A stretch of 64,000 nt of DNA from Vulcanimicrobiota bacterium (GCA_963812135.1 CAWETU010000001.1:2240001-2304000), one strand, 5' to 3'. Positions 50,152-62,656 are shown, counted from the first letter of the stretch. Notes: generated by a model from the sequence alone, not told the origin. A program made the numbers and translations.

Positions 50152-51929
50152 GCTGACTTCAAGTCACTCAATACGGCTTGGGCATCGTCGGGGGAAAAAT
50201 CGTCGGAATCAATGTCGACTAGTTCTGCGTCGATTTGGAGAGATCGATCGTTCAGAATGGACGCCATTTTGTCGACCTTCATGCGCAGGCGCCGATCGAC
50301 ATTCTGGTCGATCGAGTTCTCGCATTCTAGTATCTCGACTTCAGTGACAGCACCTAGGGGTAAACCGATGCGATGTATCCGGTGCTCGGATTGAAGATAT
50401 TGTGCCGCGTTATAACTTCGGTCAACATAAATTGCGTTATGGCAGACGGTATGCAGACTGATACTTTCACTCGCGGCCGCCGGATTAGCGACAAGAACGA
50501 ATGCCCGGCTGTCGTCGTGGAAACGCTTGATCTTGCGCTCCCGCGTGTTCTCGTCTTCCTCGCTCCCAGCATCGACCCCGCCATGGATGTAGTCGGCGCC
50601 TAGATCGCTAAGCCTTTGCGACAGCAATTCGACGTTTCCAACGAACCCTGACCAGATAATCGACTTCTTCCCCAAGCGGGCAAGTTCGCGGGCACGTTTA
50701 CAGGCAAAGGCGATCTTGGGGCTATCGCCCTCCTTTAGCGCGTTTGACAGTACATTCGATGTGGGTAGGTTCAGCTCACTGGAGAGCAGAGCTGGATTCG
50801 ATACTACTTGGAGCAGCTTCATGACGTGGCGCCCCAACGACCTCAGTGCGGTTCGATCCGGTGATGCGAGAAATCGTTCCCCTTGTCGGACCGCTTCAGT
50901 GCGCATTAGCTCATAGAGATGCCGCTGCTCTGGGTTCATCGACATTTGCCGAATAGTTCGGATTGGATCCGGAAGGTTGAGCTCAGCAAGAGTGGTGCGA
51001 ACGTACAGTGGCTGTATCAACTCTGTGACGTTTGCCTCATCAATTCTCGCCTCTGGATACAAAAAACTCAGCTGAGGGACCAAGTCCCCAACGGAATTCG
51101 GCAGAGGCGTCCCTGTCATGATCAACTTAGCCGAAGGCAAATGGCTTAAGTTCAGGACGACACTAGCGGTCTTTCCATCCAAACCTCGTTTAATTCGATG
51201 ACTCTCGTCGAGAAACATGAACGTAGGGTGCTCGTCCATGAATTCCGCAACATTTTCCCACACATTTTCACGTGCTAGTTGCTGGTACGTTATCAACATT
51301 ACATCTGGCTCGAGTTTAATTAGGCTCCGAATCGCTCTATGACCCTCTGTTAGCCTCGTTACGCGAGGTCCCTTGCCAAGGCATATTTCAATCTGCTCTT
51401 CCCAAACAGCAAATGCGTTCTTTGGGGCCACAACTAGAAGGCGAGAGTTTGGTGCGCGCTTGATTGAATAATATGCCAACGCTTCGGTCGTTTTTCCCGC
51501 GCCAGGAACAGAGAATGTGGCGCCAGCACTCAGTGAAGCTAACCGCGCCACATTACGCGCCTGATAGTCCTTAAGCTCCCGACGGAAGTTGCAGCGGCGA
51601 AGCATGGCTTCAAGTTCTGCCGGATCGACGGGTGCTGTGGCTCTGGCTTTGGTTAGTGAGCCCTCGCGTTCAAGCGCCGTCCGCAGCCTATCGCCGGTTT
51701 CGTCATCGACGTCGAGCGAGAGGTTGTGAACTTGTAAAATCCCACGAAGTTTGCCTCTGCAGGAGAGAAAGGACCACCAAGGCATTGACAACCGGGTATC
51801 AGACTCGGCGACGCACTCGTCCGAATGATCACGACGGTCCCGCCAAATGTCAAGCCATACTGACGTCGGGGAATCGAGGTATAGGACGGCGCGGCGGTGC
51901 TTGCTATCGTAACGTAAGTGGAGTTGCAC
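50148..51929 (-). CDS. SNF2-family DEAD/DEAH helicase
   Basis: LKDYQ, PGAGKT, LDESH, MTGTP.PN, SESISL, QSEHRIHRIG. Confidence 0.92.
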   Translation of the reverse strand: MQLHLRYDSKHRRAVLYLDSPTSVWLDIWRDRRDHSDECVAESDTRLSMPWWSFLSCRGKLRGILQVHNLSLDVDDETGDRLRTALEREGSLTKARATAPVDPAELEAMLRRCNFRRELKDYQARNVARLASLSAGATFSVPGAGKTTEALAYYSIKRAPNSRLLVVAPKNAFAVWEEQIEICLGKGPRVTRLTEGHRAIRSLIKLEPDVMLITYQQLARENVWENVAEFMDEHPTFMFLDESHRIKRGLDGKTASVVLNLSHLPSAKLIMTGTPLPNSVGDLVPQLSFLYPEARIDEANVTELIQPLYVRTTLAELNLPDPIRTIRQMSMNPEQRHLYELMRTEAVRQGERFLASPDRTALRSLGRHVMKLLQVVSNPALLSSELNLPTSNVLSNALKEGDSPKIAFACKRARELARLGKKSIIWSGFVGNVELLSQRLSDLGADYIHGGVDAGSEEDENTRERKIKRFHDDSRAFVLVANPAAASESISLHTVCHNAIYVDRSYNAAQYLQSEHRIHRIGLPLGAVTEVEILECENSIDQNVDRRLRMKVDKMASILNDRSLQIDAELVDIDSDDFSPDDAQAVLSDLKSA

Positions 51930-53171
51930 TACTTGGCCCAGTCTCGCAATCGCACAGCATTCCGATCAATCTCATCGAGCTGGTCTCTGACGCCTAGTTT
52001 CTCGGAACCGTCTGTAATGCCGCCGACGGCCGCTGCCAACGATGCGTTGGCCCGCTTTATCTGAGTGAGCACGAAGTCGCTGCGTTTCTTATCCTTTTCC
52101 AAACCCTTTCGGGTAGCGATCGTTTCGCGAACCAAAGAACGTATCTCGTCCTTGCGTTCCTCTGGGTAGCTATCAAGATTTCCAACGTAAATTGGTGCTT
52201 CAGCTTCACCCAACAGCTCGCCACCGGAACCCTTGTCTACTCCTTTGTCGTCCTTTTGCGTCAAGTCCGGTGCAACCGCATCACTTACTGGAGCGATGTA
52301 CTTCGCGACGTCGGCCACGTCTTGGTACACGCGGCCACCTTCTGGTTTGTCTATGAGCAGATAGGCTAATTCTTTGTAAAGAGATACGTTAGAAACAGGC
52401 ACCTTCTTTCGGTTTGCGCCGATCTGTCGAAATGCAAATTCGTCGTCGTCTACGGTACCGTACTGTTCGGTCTTACCGCGGTTCTTTAGATACTCTTCGG
52501 CGTAGCCGAGCATATCTAGGTACTCGCGTATCTCCGCCTCCTTGCGATTGTAGAGCGCGGCCAGTTTTTTATCATCAAACTTGTGCTCCTGTTGTCGTTC
52601 TCTCAACATGATTGCAAAAGATGTCCATGAATAGTCAGCCCGTATGTCTCGATCGATTTGTAGGCGCGCCTCGAGCTCGTCCAGCGACCGCTCATCGCAC
52701 GGAGGCAAGAGGACCGCTTGCACGTTGGCAAAGTTGGCGAAGGTATTTGGATCCTTTTCATGAGCTCGCGCATCGCGCAAAGACGCCTGTTGCCGTTGAG
52801 CACAAACCCATCGCAGGAGAGGATCAGGGGCTGCTCTTGCTTGTTCTTGCTAAAAAACTCCCGCAGACCTCGAGCCTTTGTCTAGGAGCCCATCCAATAT
52901 CTTATGCTGTACAGCCTGGGCACTTTCTGACTCCAAGTCTTTTGAAAAGAAGTCTTTCGGCAGGTCCTGATGAGTTGCGAGATATTCGCGCTGTGGCGCG
53001 CGCGTTCGGCCATTGGATAACCGATATTTCGGCATGTCAATGGGAACTGAGTAGATCGAGGAGATGCTGCAATTGGCCCTGAAAACTTACAGGGAAAGTT
53101 GGGCCGGGAGCGCTGCTCTTCAATTCGTCTAGCAAGTGCCGCCGTCGCGGCAGCGCCCATCCTAATGTCAT
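51929..53171 (-). CDS. ParB/Srx-like N-terminal domain protein, frameshifted
   Basis: YRLSNGRT and LNGNRRLCAMREL; ATGA overlap with the REase stop. Confidence 0.68.
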
Positions 53172-53637
53172 TTCTTGGCCTCCACACCCAGAACCAACAG
53201 TGGTAGTGTCACAATTTCGCGGAATAGGTCTAGTTCGCTAACAAGTCGTTCGTATTGCGCTAGGTTCTTGCCCAGTCGAACGGCCGTCCGTCTCTTCATA
53301 ACAAGAAATATGGCACCCCGCATCCCGCGTCGAAGATAGCAATATTGAAGCTTGAGTAGATCGGCATAGAGGCGGCTCATATTCCCCATTTGACGCATAG
53401 CCCGATGGAGTCCTTGAGGCTCGGAATCGTAACTTGCGAAATGGGATCAACTCGGACGCGGCTCGGCCAACCTCTGCGGTACAGCGCTGATAGTATTCCA
53501 CTTCTTAGCAATGGCGGCGTCAGCTCCCGGTCGGCCAGCGTCAGTGACTCCACGGCTTGAACAACCTCAACGACCAGACTTTGTGGGATAGCTTCAACCC
53601 CACCGCTGTGACTATGTGTGTCCAGTGTAAAATTCAT
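53168..53637 (-). CDS. BglII/BstYI-like type II restriction endonuclease, frameshifted
   Basis: L..RGW...IGLC.QMGNMSRLYADLLKLQY. Confidence 0.72.
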
Positions 53638-53996
53638 TCGGTTGCTTGTTCAAGCTAACAAACGCTAGACTGGGCGCTAAACCAGACTGTTACTATGCGT
53701 TAACCCCGGGGCAATCAAAATGGCCCTTAAGGAGTATATCGGCCCTTCTGACCCACCTCTTGCGAGCCCAGGGACCACCCGTCACGTCGGCGGCGACCCA
53801 TTGAGTAGCCCGCCAGGTGCTCGACACCCAATCCTCAGCTTGGGATTCGGTAGCGCCCGCAAGATGGCTTCTTTTCGACTTTTCGACCGCCCCTAGCGGC
53901 CAGCAGTCTTGCGAAAAGCTAGGATTGAAACGTAATTGTTTTCGGCACCTTAGCGCGTGGGGCACCACACACAGTCTTGCACTTACGGCTGAAGTG

Positions 53997-54988
53997 CTAG
54001 CCCCCGAAGAGATTTAATGAACGGTCAGCTTCCAACCGATCTGACAGAGCCTGCCACTCAGGTGGTACCAGAGACATCTTTGACTTAGCCGGATCCTGAA
54101 TCGGCTTGTCGGGTCTGTATCGTGCCACGCCTCGAAGGGCTTCCTTTAGACGCCTCTTTGCTTCGAGAACGTATTCGCTAACAATTTCAGCGCCCCAAAA
54201 TTGTCTATCGTTCAGCAATGCGGCGACGCCCGTTGTACCGACTCCTGCAAAGGATCGAACACGAGATCGCCAGGTTTTGATAGAGCCCGCACGAGCCTAG
54301 AAACCAAGACTATGGGAAACTGACATGGGTGAACCGTCTTCTCGACGTGGCCTGCCTTGACGTTCGGAATGTCCCAGACATCTTCTGGGTTCTTCCCCAA
54401 AGGATTCCCCGAAAGCTTTCCCTTGTTGGGACCTTTGTAGTGCGTCTTTCCCGGATATTTGGCCGGTATCCGAACTCCATCCAAGTTGAAGTGGTATTTG
54501 TCTGTCTTTGTATACCACATAATTGTTTCGTAGCGGCCACTAAACCGTCGTTTGGCGTGCAATCCGTGGCCAAACCGCCACACTATGCGATTCCGCAGCT
54601 GAACTCCGAGTCGCTTGAAGATGGGAGACAACTCAATGTCCAATGGGAATATCTCCCCTTGATCAATGAAGTTGCCAGTTTGCCAACAAATGCTACCCGT
54701 GGGTTTCAGTCGTGACACAATTTTTTCGAGGATAGATTCCTGCCACTGCAGGTATTTTGCAAGCTCTCTTTTCGTCTCGTAGGCTTTCCCGATGTTGTAT
54801 GGCGGGGAGGTGACGACAAGATCAAATATCTCACACGGGGGCAGCTGGTCAAGAAAGGCGCCTGCGTCCCCCTGCCACAGTAAGAGGCCCGGCAATCTTG
54901 CAGGCAGATTTGCTTTGATGATTTGAAGCGAGCGGCGATCTCTCGCTCGGTAACAAAATCGAACGCGACTGCCCGCAACCTCGCCCAA
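53997..54988 (-). CDS. Site-specific DNA methyltransferase (N4-C/N6-A, beta class), frameshifted
   Basis: VTSPPYN first, then HPCQFP and DPF.G.GTT. Confidence 0.92.
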
Positions 54989-55380
54989 CCTTTCTCGTGC
55001 CCACCAACTGGTGGGCCAAACACACGTTCGAGTGTGGCGTTAATTGTCTTTCTTTGCTAGCCCATGTTGTGGTCGGCCTTGTGGACCGTTTGTGAACAAG
55101 TCGAAAATGTCGTTGAGGAACGACAAACTTCTGTGCATTAGACGGAAACGAACGTTGGCCGGTGGGGCGCTCGAGGACGACACGCAGAACGCTAGCCTAG
55201 CAAAACTCGGGGCATCTCGAGCCCCTCAGCGGACCAGCCCAAGCCGTCTCTATCCTTGTCAAAGGCAGTCCGGCCGACGGCCAGCTCCGAGAACTCTTCC
55301 AGGCAGCTATACCTTCACAGTGGCCGCGCTTCGGCCGCCTCCAGAGTTTAGACTGGTCTTAGACTCCTAGGAAATCCAGC

Positions 55381-57255
55381 TCAAGAACTACCGGTAGCAA
55401 GACGACTTCGCACAAACTCTTCGGTTTCAACGTCCATGAAGTACACATAGCATCCCTTCATGCCGCGGGTGAGCAGTACTCGATACGTATTGCGGACATA
55501 ATGAACGAAGCTTTCCTTGGCTCGCTTGGCGACAACGGAGTCCTGAGAATACTCTTTCCGCCCGACCCATTCTCCGGTTACTTTGGAGTAAGCAAGGTGT
55601 TTTCCGAATATCACACCGACGTAGTCGAACTCGAAACCTTGGGCGGTGTAGATGCAGCCAATTTGAGAGAATCCGTTGGGGTCGGCGGCCCAAAACGAGG
55701 ACTTAGGGATGTCCCTCGCTAGCCGCCCGGCTTCAGGCCTCGCGTTCCAGGGCCGGTGAAATGTTCCAATCGTGACGTCGTCGACTAGCATACCGTCCGG
55801 CTTCGGATCAGACCATGGCCAGCAAAACCCGGCGACAAGACGGCCAGTAAAGCCCTCACTCACCCGAGCCTCGATCGCCGCGGCAAGCTCCTCAGGACTC
55901 TCAAGTATGCGGAAGTCAAAAGCATCTGAGGTTTCAAAGCACTCATCACTCGTTTCCCTGATTCCGAGTATGTTATCGACCCATGAAACGAAAGCTTCGG
56001 AGCCAGCACACCTAAACTGCGTATGAAGTTCTTCCTCCACCAGAGTGGCGTTGGCGCTTTCTGCTGCGTTCCTGACGAGATCCAACTGCCTATCTCTCCG
56101 GGGCGCACCACTTGATGGTCATGGATCAAGAATACCGCTACCTTCGCCGCATCGACGATCTCATTGATTTGGTAACGATCGGATCGATCGGACTTGGGCG
56201 TGAACCGGTCGTTGCTTGACTCTCTGATCCGGTGGGCCTCATCACAGATGACTACATCGAGTGCGTTATCTTCGGCATGTACGAAGCTATTGAAGTACTT
56301 GAACTGACTGGCTGCACGCCTCCCAACCTCGCGGCGCAGGTTCTCGGTGAACGCTCTGGAGCCAGTTGCGTGCTGTACAACAAAGCTCTCCTTTGCGAGC
56401 GTGGCCATGACGTTAACGGCGATGAGTGACTTTCCCGTTCCCGGGCCGCCCTTCACAAGAACTACCGCTTTCTTCGGACTATGGTAGCCCTTCCGAGCAT
56501 GACCGAGGATCGTATTATAGACCACGATTGCTCATCGAGGAGCGTATAAATGTTGTTCCTTGTATTACCTCAGCGACATGATCGAGTAACTTCTTGCTAG
56601 CCCGATACTTGCTCTGCAGCACCCGCTGTAGAACTTCATCCCCGCCGTCTTTGCTTACGCGGTCGCGGAGATACGAGGCAAGCTCCTCAGCTTGATTTCC
56701 CGCGAACATCGGACAGTCCGATAGCACCGCCTCGAATTTCTTGGCATGTAGCGGTGATTGTGGATCGGCTAAGATTATGGAGATAACTGCACGCTGAAAG
56801 GCCCACTGGCTATCCGACTCATGTAGACGGTCTGGCTGTCTATGAGGTATTGCCGATAGTGGCTCGCCTGAACTGAGGGATGAAGTCATTGGATCTCGAC
56901 CTCCGAGATACGTGATTACACACTCCTCGACATCTGAGGCTTCGGCCTTATCCCATTGCTTCAGCTCGATGATTACTGCGTTGTCGCGTCGTTGCGAATC
57001 GCGGCCTGTCAATAGGCAATCAAGACGTGCCGACGACAACGGCAGCTGAAGTTCAAGAATGATACCGTTATTCGTAAGTCGAGCGAATTGTAGATGGACG
57101 GAGAGTGCGGCTAACGAGTTGCGCCATGACCGCATTTCTGAGACCGAGGGAAGGTAGCCGAAGAGTCGTTGGAAGTTGAACTGTAGCTTATCGGCGAGCG
57201 TATGGCGCGCAGCATCGTCAAAGAACTGCTGAGTATTGCCTACGTAAAGCTGCAT
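55381..57255 (-). CDS. DUF2075 (Schlafen group 3-like) nuclease-helicase, frameshifted
   Basis: IIELKQW, GGPGTGKS, DEAHR, QFRC.GS, YTAQGFEFDY, NTYRVLLTRGMKG. Confidence 0.9.
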
Positions 57256-57274
57256 ATTGTCCCGTGCGGATCGA

Positions 57275-58341
57275 TCAAGCTGTTTCGTCGCTCCATTCGA
57301 ATCGCATGAGGCGCTCGTCGACCGCGACGTTCTTCGCCCACGCGTGCTCTCTTAAGAATAGCCTCGGCGAATTGGCGCGCCATCTGCGCCGCTTCCGGCG
57401 GTTCGATGATCTTCGCGTCGCCGCCGAAGCTGAGCGCCCAGGCGACGACCTCGCGCGGGTCGGTCACTTTGAACGCGATCTGAAGCGAGCCGTCGGGCAG
57501 CTCTTTGACCGACTCTTCTGCCGGCCAGCGGCGCGCCAGTACGTCGGCGACCCGTCGCGGCGCGATCTTCACCACGACCTTGCGCGGTTTGCCGGAGGTC
57601 GCGAAAATGCCAAACGAGTGGCGCAGGGTATCGTCGAGTTTTCGTTCTGCGTCGTATCCTTTGGCCGTCACTTCGTCGAGCACGGTCGGGTCGCTCATCC
57701 GGTCCAGGGCGAAGAACTTCGGGCGCTCTCCTCCTTCTTCGACGCCCCAGACGTAGATGCGACCGTTGTTATCGAACAGATCGTAGGGCACGATGTGACG
57801 CGCTGACACTGTACCGTCGGATGATTTCTTGTAGGTGAAGCCGAGGATGCGCCGTTCTTGGATGGCGCGTTCGCAGGCGGAGAGGTTCTCGTAGAATGCG
57901 GCGTTGACGCGCGGCTGCGGCTGCCACACGGGGAGCCGCTCCTTGACCGCTGGATCCATGCCGGCCAGCTGCGATTCCCATTGTTCGAATTGGGGGCCGA
58001 GCGTTTCCATGAACGGCGATCCCATGCGCAGCAGATCGATCCGCAGGCGGACCAGGATCTCGCGTTTGCGCGGATCCATCTGGCGTGCTCGGCCGAGGGT
58101 CCAGCCTTTTGGCACGGTGTGCATTTTCGTCTTTGGGTTGTAGTGGAGCGCGGCATCCCCACGCCGCGAGCTCTTTCTTGTAGCGCTTCCACGTGCTGTC
58201 GCTGAGGTGGTTTCTCCGAGGATTCTGTGCCGCTTGCTGCTTGGTGATCTGGCGGTCTACGTTCAGCCTGATCAGGAGATGACGGATCCCCGAGGCTTTG
58301 GCTCTGGCCTTGGCGGTGGCGTCGGTGTTGAGGTTTTTCAT
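57275..58341 (-). CDS. HTH-WYL-WCX transcriptional regulator, frameshifted
   Basis: F.Y......R...PY.L, F.LDRM, W.LSFG..A.IIEP. Confidence 0.88.
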
Positions 58342-58482
58342 CGTTTGTTTTGTTGGCTTTTGACCTGGGCCAGATTCTGACCCGGTCATTTCCCGGCCGA
58401 ATTACGAGCGCCACCGCCTCACGATACAATTGGGTTTGTGAGATGGGGGACTTCGTCTGGTTCGGTTCTGCGGAGGTGAACG

Positions 58483-59028
58483 GTGAACATTCCAACTTCT
58501 CGAGATCTTCTTCACCCGATGTTGCAGGTCGCTCGTGAACACCCGCGCGTGTCCGAGGGCGAGCTGCATCACTTTTTGGCTTTTGAGTTTGGCTTGTACG
58601 AGGGTGGGCCGGCGGTGGGTGGGCCGGGCGATCTGCGTCGTTTTGCCTGCCGGGTGCGGGTCGCGCGACGCGCGTTGTTGCGCCATGGTTTGCTGGTGAG
58701 CGGCGGCGGCGATGCGTTGATTTTGACGCCGCAAGGCGAGGCGTATCTGACGACTGGTTGGCTGCGCACTGGTTCTGGTGGTGCTGAGCGTGCTGGTTTG
58801 TCCGAGGCGCGCGAGGTGCCGGTCACGGCGGGCCGGGCTCTGAGGCGTCGGACTCGCCTGAGCCGGCTGAGGATCACGATTCCGAGGTCGACCTCAAGGC
58901 GCTGCTCGACGAGGCCAAGTTCGAGAGCCTCGAGCTGGGCGATGGCTGGTATCAGGTCGCCTTCGCAGGCCGAGTTGCGTTCGTGGGATGTCATCGTCCA
59001 CGCCACGGGCGGCTGGCTCTTCTCATGA
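58483..59028 (+). CDS. Mrr N-terminal-like winged-helix protein
   Basis: IPT...L.HP.L, F..RV..AR..L...GLL, LTPQG; no Mrr catalytic domain. Confidence 0.6.
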   Translation: MNIPTSRDLLHPMLQVAREHPRVSEGELHHFLAFEFGLYEGGPAVGGPGDLRRFACRVRVARRALLRHGLLVSGGGDALILTPQGEAYLTTGWLRTGSGGAERAGLSEAREVPVTAGRALRRRTRLSRLRITIPRSTSRRCSTRPSSRASSWAMAGIRSPSQAELRSWDVIVHATGGWLFS

Positions 59029-59318
59029 GTACCCACGTGATGCGGCTGCCGAAGGCGCGGGCCGCGCGAGCTCTGGTGCTCGATCTCATGGCGCGGCTGA
59101 ACTGCAAGGTGCCGGCGGCGAAGTTCTCCGCCACGCCGCGCGACGGGGTGGTGCTCGAGCTTGCGTATCGCACCGAACACGTCGATGCCGAAGTGCTCGG
59201 CAACTTGATCCGCACGCTCTTGCATGTCGCCGAAAGCGAGTACCCGGCGCTGGCGCGGGTCGTCGTCGACGACCGAGCACTCCGACGCCTGGATGCCGCG
59301 TTCAAGAGGTCTGCGTGA
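59025..59318 (+). CDS. Hypothetical protein
   Basis: ATGA overlap, GC3-rich. Confidence 0.45.
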   Translation: MSTHVMRLPKARAARALVLDLMARLNCKVPAAKFSATPRDGVVLELAYRTEHVDAEVLGNLIRTLLHVAESEYPALARVVVDDRALRRLDAAFKRSA

Positions 59319-59664
59319 TGGTACTCGCGTGCTCAATGCTCTTGCGGCGCGCTTTGTCGAAGATCGCTTGACCTTCACGCCGCATGCGCTCGTGCGCTAT
59401 ATCGAGCGGTACCTGGATGCGACGCAGCGTGCGCGACCTTCGGCGAACCGGCTTCCGATGCGCAGATCTTGCGGCGCTTACAGCCTCGATTTTCTGGTGA
59501 GCTCGCGCGAGTTCACGGAGCAGTTCGAGCGAGTTTATGATGGTCGATCGTGTCAGTGCCGCAACGTGACGAGCGGGTTATCGTATCGTCTGCATCTCGG
59601 TCCCGTCCGGATCGTGGTGTGCTGCGGCATCTGCATAACCACGTTACCCGCCGGTTGCGACTGA
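59318..59664 (+). CDS. Hypothetical protein (TPHALVRYIER), frameshifted
   Basis: Translational coupling at both ends. Confidence 0.4.
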
Positions 59665-60466
59665 TGGTCGCCGTGGAGCGCCCGCTGGGGCATCCGCTCG
59701 GGCGCCGTTTAAAATCGTTTGTGTGGGCGTATGGCCTTGCGCCCCAGTTCGCGCCCCAGGCGTGGCGACTCGGCGGCCTTTTCACCGTTGCGGTGGTCAC
59801 GTACGCGGTCTACCTGTGGTCTCCGTTGGTCGGCTGGCTCGCGTTATCGGTCGCAGGCTTGGTGGTACCCGCGCTGGGAGGGCTGCCTCAGTCTGTCTCG
59901 ATGATGTTCGTGGTTGTCGTGTGTGCGCTTGCGACGGTTGGCGTGGTGCTGTGGCTCTGCCAGCTGCTGCCGGCGACATCTGCGTCCTTTGGTTTTGTGA
60001 AGCCCCGACTTCCACAGCTTCTCCACGCGGCCGCGGCGTGGGCGGTCACCTGTGGGCCTCGTGGGCCGTCCCTATCAGAGTCGATCCAAACGATGCGGCA
60101 TACCAAGCTTCCGCAGCGGTCTTCTATTCGCACCACAGAGGGGTCGTCGACTACCTGAGCGATGTCATCGACTCTTCTGTGGCGACTCCGATCGTCGAAG
60201 AGACGATGTTCCGCGGGCTTCTCTTCGCCGCGCTGGCGCAGTGGCTGCCTGCCTGGCTCGCCGCTCTGATCAGCAGCCTGGCATTCGCGTTATGGCATCA
60301 AGAACCGTACCGAATCATCCCTCTGACCATCATGGGCCTGGGGCTTGCCTACATCTACTATCGCAGCGGCACGTTGTGGGCACCGATCGCGGCCCACGCC
60401 TTGAACAACTGGCTGGCCCTGACCTTACGTTCCTATGGTACAACTTCGGACACTAGACGGCAATAG
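59664..60466 (+). CDS. CPBP (CAAX/Abi) intramembrane metalloprotease, frameshifted
   Basis: EETMFRG, FALWH, HALNN. Confidence 0.85.
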
Positions 60467-60501
60467 TCCTAACATATCCTAGACGGAAAGTGGAAGCCAA
60501 G

Positions 60502-60717
60502 ATGAATGCCTATCCAATTATTCTCGAACGCGCCGACGATGGCGGCTACAGTGCTGTCGTTCCCGACTTGCCAGGGCTGTTGCTGGCAGCGGACACGCGC
60601 GAGGAACTACTCGCCCGGGCCCCGGGAGCTATCGCCGACTATCTGGATGCGCTGCGAGAACAAAATCTGCCAGTGCCAAGCCCCGGAGAGGTCGAGATAG
60701 TCCGTATTAAGGGATGA
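60502..60717 (+). CDS. HicB family antitoxin (no adjacent HicA)
   Basis: YPIILE...GYSAVVPDLPG....DT.EE......AI..YL. Confidence 0.85.
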   Translation: MNAYPIILERADDGGYSAVVPDLPGLLLAADTREELLARAPGAIADYLDALREQNLPVPSPGEVEIVRIKG

Positions 60718-60786
60718 GCCGTCCCCCGCATTCATTGGGGGAAACCTGAGCGGGCACTCGTTAGAACCTGCTAGAATCGTCTTTTC

Positions 60787-61961
60787 GTGCGGTCTTCGAA
60801 CCTATTTACTCTAGGGCGATTTTCGTTCGAGGTGGCCGGTCGGGCGCTAACGAGTCCATCCATTCGGAAAGCCCGCGCCATGCTCGCGTGCTTAATCATG
60901 CATCGCGGCAGCGATGTCGCGCGCGAGCGGCTCATCGAGACGTTTTGGCCCGAGGTCGACGCGGAACGCGCACGTGACAGCCTCAAGACCACACTGTGGG
61001 CGATTCGCCGGACGCTGCGCTCCGCGCAACTTGACCCAGACGAGTTTGTGACAAGCACCAAAGCGGTGGTTCGGTGGGAGGCTAACACCGCCTTGGATGC
61101 TCAGCGTTTCTTGGACCTTGTCGCGGCAGATGATCCGCAAAGCCAGGTCGAAGCACGTCAGCTTTATCGCGGCGATTTTCTCGAAGGAGATTACGACGAG
61201 TGGGCGAGCGCGCAACGCGAGCGACTCGCCGAAGCGTATGAGCGCTTGCTAGGTCGGATCGTGCGTGACTCTAAAGATGTCGCCACCGCGCAAAATATCA
61301 TCGATCGCAATCCGTATGACGAAGAGGCATATGCAACTCTGATCGATGCAGAAATCGGCGCGGGCAAGCCGTTGAGCGCCCGAACATATTACGAGCGCTG
61401 CGTTGCAGCTTTGCGGGGAACTCGGCAGCCAACCATCCGCTGCATTTAACTTACGATTTGCCACTCTCTTGATTTCGATGCCTCCGGTCTCCGATAAGCG
61501 TCGATCTGCCATTCAGCGGACGTGAAGACGAACTTTCCATCTTGAAGCGTTCGTTCGTTGCGGCGGACGGAGAACGCGAGCGATCGGCCGTGCTCGTCCA
61601 CGGTGAGGCGGGGATTGGAAAGTCGGCTTTATTACGAAGAGCGCAGACCTTGGCTGCCGCAGCCGGATTCCGCGTCCTCGCGGCGTCCGGACTCGACGAA
61701 GATCCCCGGATGTTCGGCCCCTGGCCGTCGGTGTATGGGATGCTGACAGGTGGCGATTTCGACGCGTTCGCGCAGGGCAACCCGACCAACACCGCATCTG
61801 CCGTTGCCGTCGCAATCAACGCAAGCCTCGTCATGCCCACGGCGCTGTTCGTCGACGACGCCCATGCGTTGCGCGGCGAAGCCCTGGATATCTTCGCAGA
61901 GCTTGTCACACGTTTAGTCCCCAACACGTTGTGGGACACTAGAGGCAATAGTTTCGCGTAG
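60787..61961 (+). pseudogene. SARP/BTAD activator plus AAA ATPase, frameshifted and truncated
   Basis: LYRGDFLEG, P.DE.A, GEAGIGKS, VDDAH, then ends. Confidence 0.75.
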
Positions 61962-61990
61962 ACGATTCTGCCTGCTCGCGTGATACGGCA

Positions 61991-62656
61991 CTAAGCGGAG
62001 CGCCGAGAGCCGCCATCCCTCGACTGGTTCGTTGAGAAAGCACAGGGCGAAGACGAGCAGGCCAACCGTTCCGGCAATGTCCAGAGCGTGATGGAAGAGA
62101 CCTCGCGAAATGTACCAACCGGGAATGGTAGCAACAATGACAGGTTGTGATAACTGAAACCTGTGTCGGATAGGCAATAGATGAAGAACGCCCAGGTCAA
62201 CAGGCTCGGCCTGAGCAACACCAGCGCGGCTCCCAGCACGATAAAGAAAAGCGCAAAGACCAAAACGAGCACCCGAAAGACAGCGTCAAAGCGCCCACGA
62301 TGTTCTGAGATCGACGTGAGGGTTACGGTGCGTCTGACGCCTTCGTGTATCAACCCAAGGGTCACGCGCTGAGAAGCGTGCAGCGTGAATGGTGTAATCC
62401 CCACCATGTGTCTGAACTGCACCGGCGTGGATCGGAGATCGATGATATCGCCAACTTGTATCCCTGCCCTCGCCGCCGGCGAGCCATCGCCAACATACGT
62501 GACTTTAGTGTCGCCGTCTACCGCATAACCGAAAACGCCTATTGGTGCCCACACTCGCTGGATCGCGAGCCCGCCAGCGACAAAAACAAGCAGTGATAAC
62601 GCCACTACCACAAACGTCCGCAGCGCAGCCGTGCGAGATATGCTAGGTGTAAGCAT
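61991..62656 (-). pseudogene. PDZ-containing membrane protein N-terminal part, truncated paralogue of the next gene
   Basis: GSPAARAGIQVGD, LVLLRPS.LTW.FF.YCL shared with the next gene. Confidence 0.65.

Larger units (their letters stand above)
47349..57255 (-). mobile_element. Lower-GC defence-like genomic island
   Basis: Visible drop in GC and change in codon usage; RM, helicase and nuclease genes; no integrase seen. Confidence 0.6.

Noticed and set aside
53693..53968. ORF between MTase and REase as a controller (C) protein
   Set aside because: No HTH signature and poor coding features
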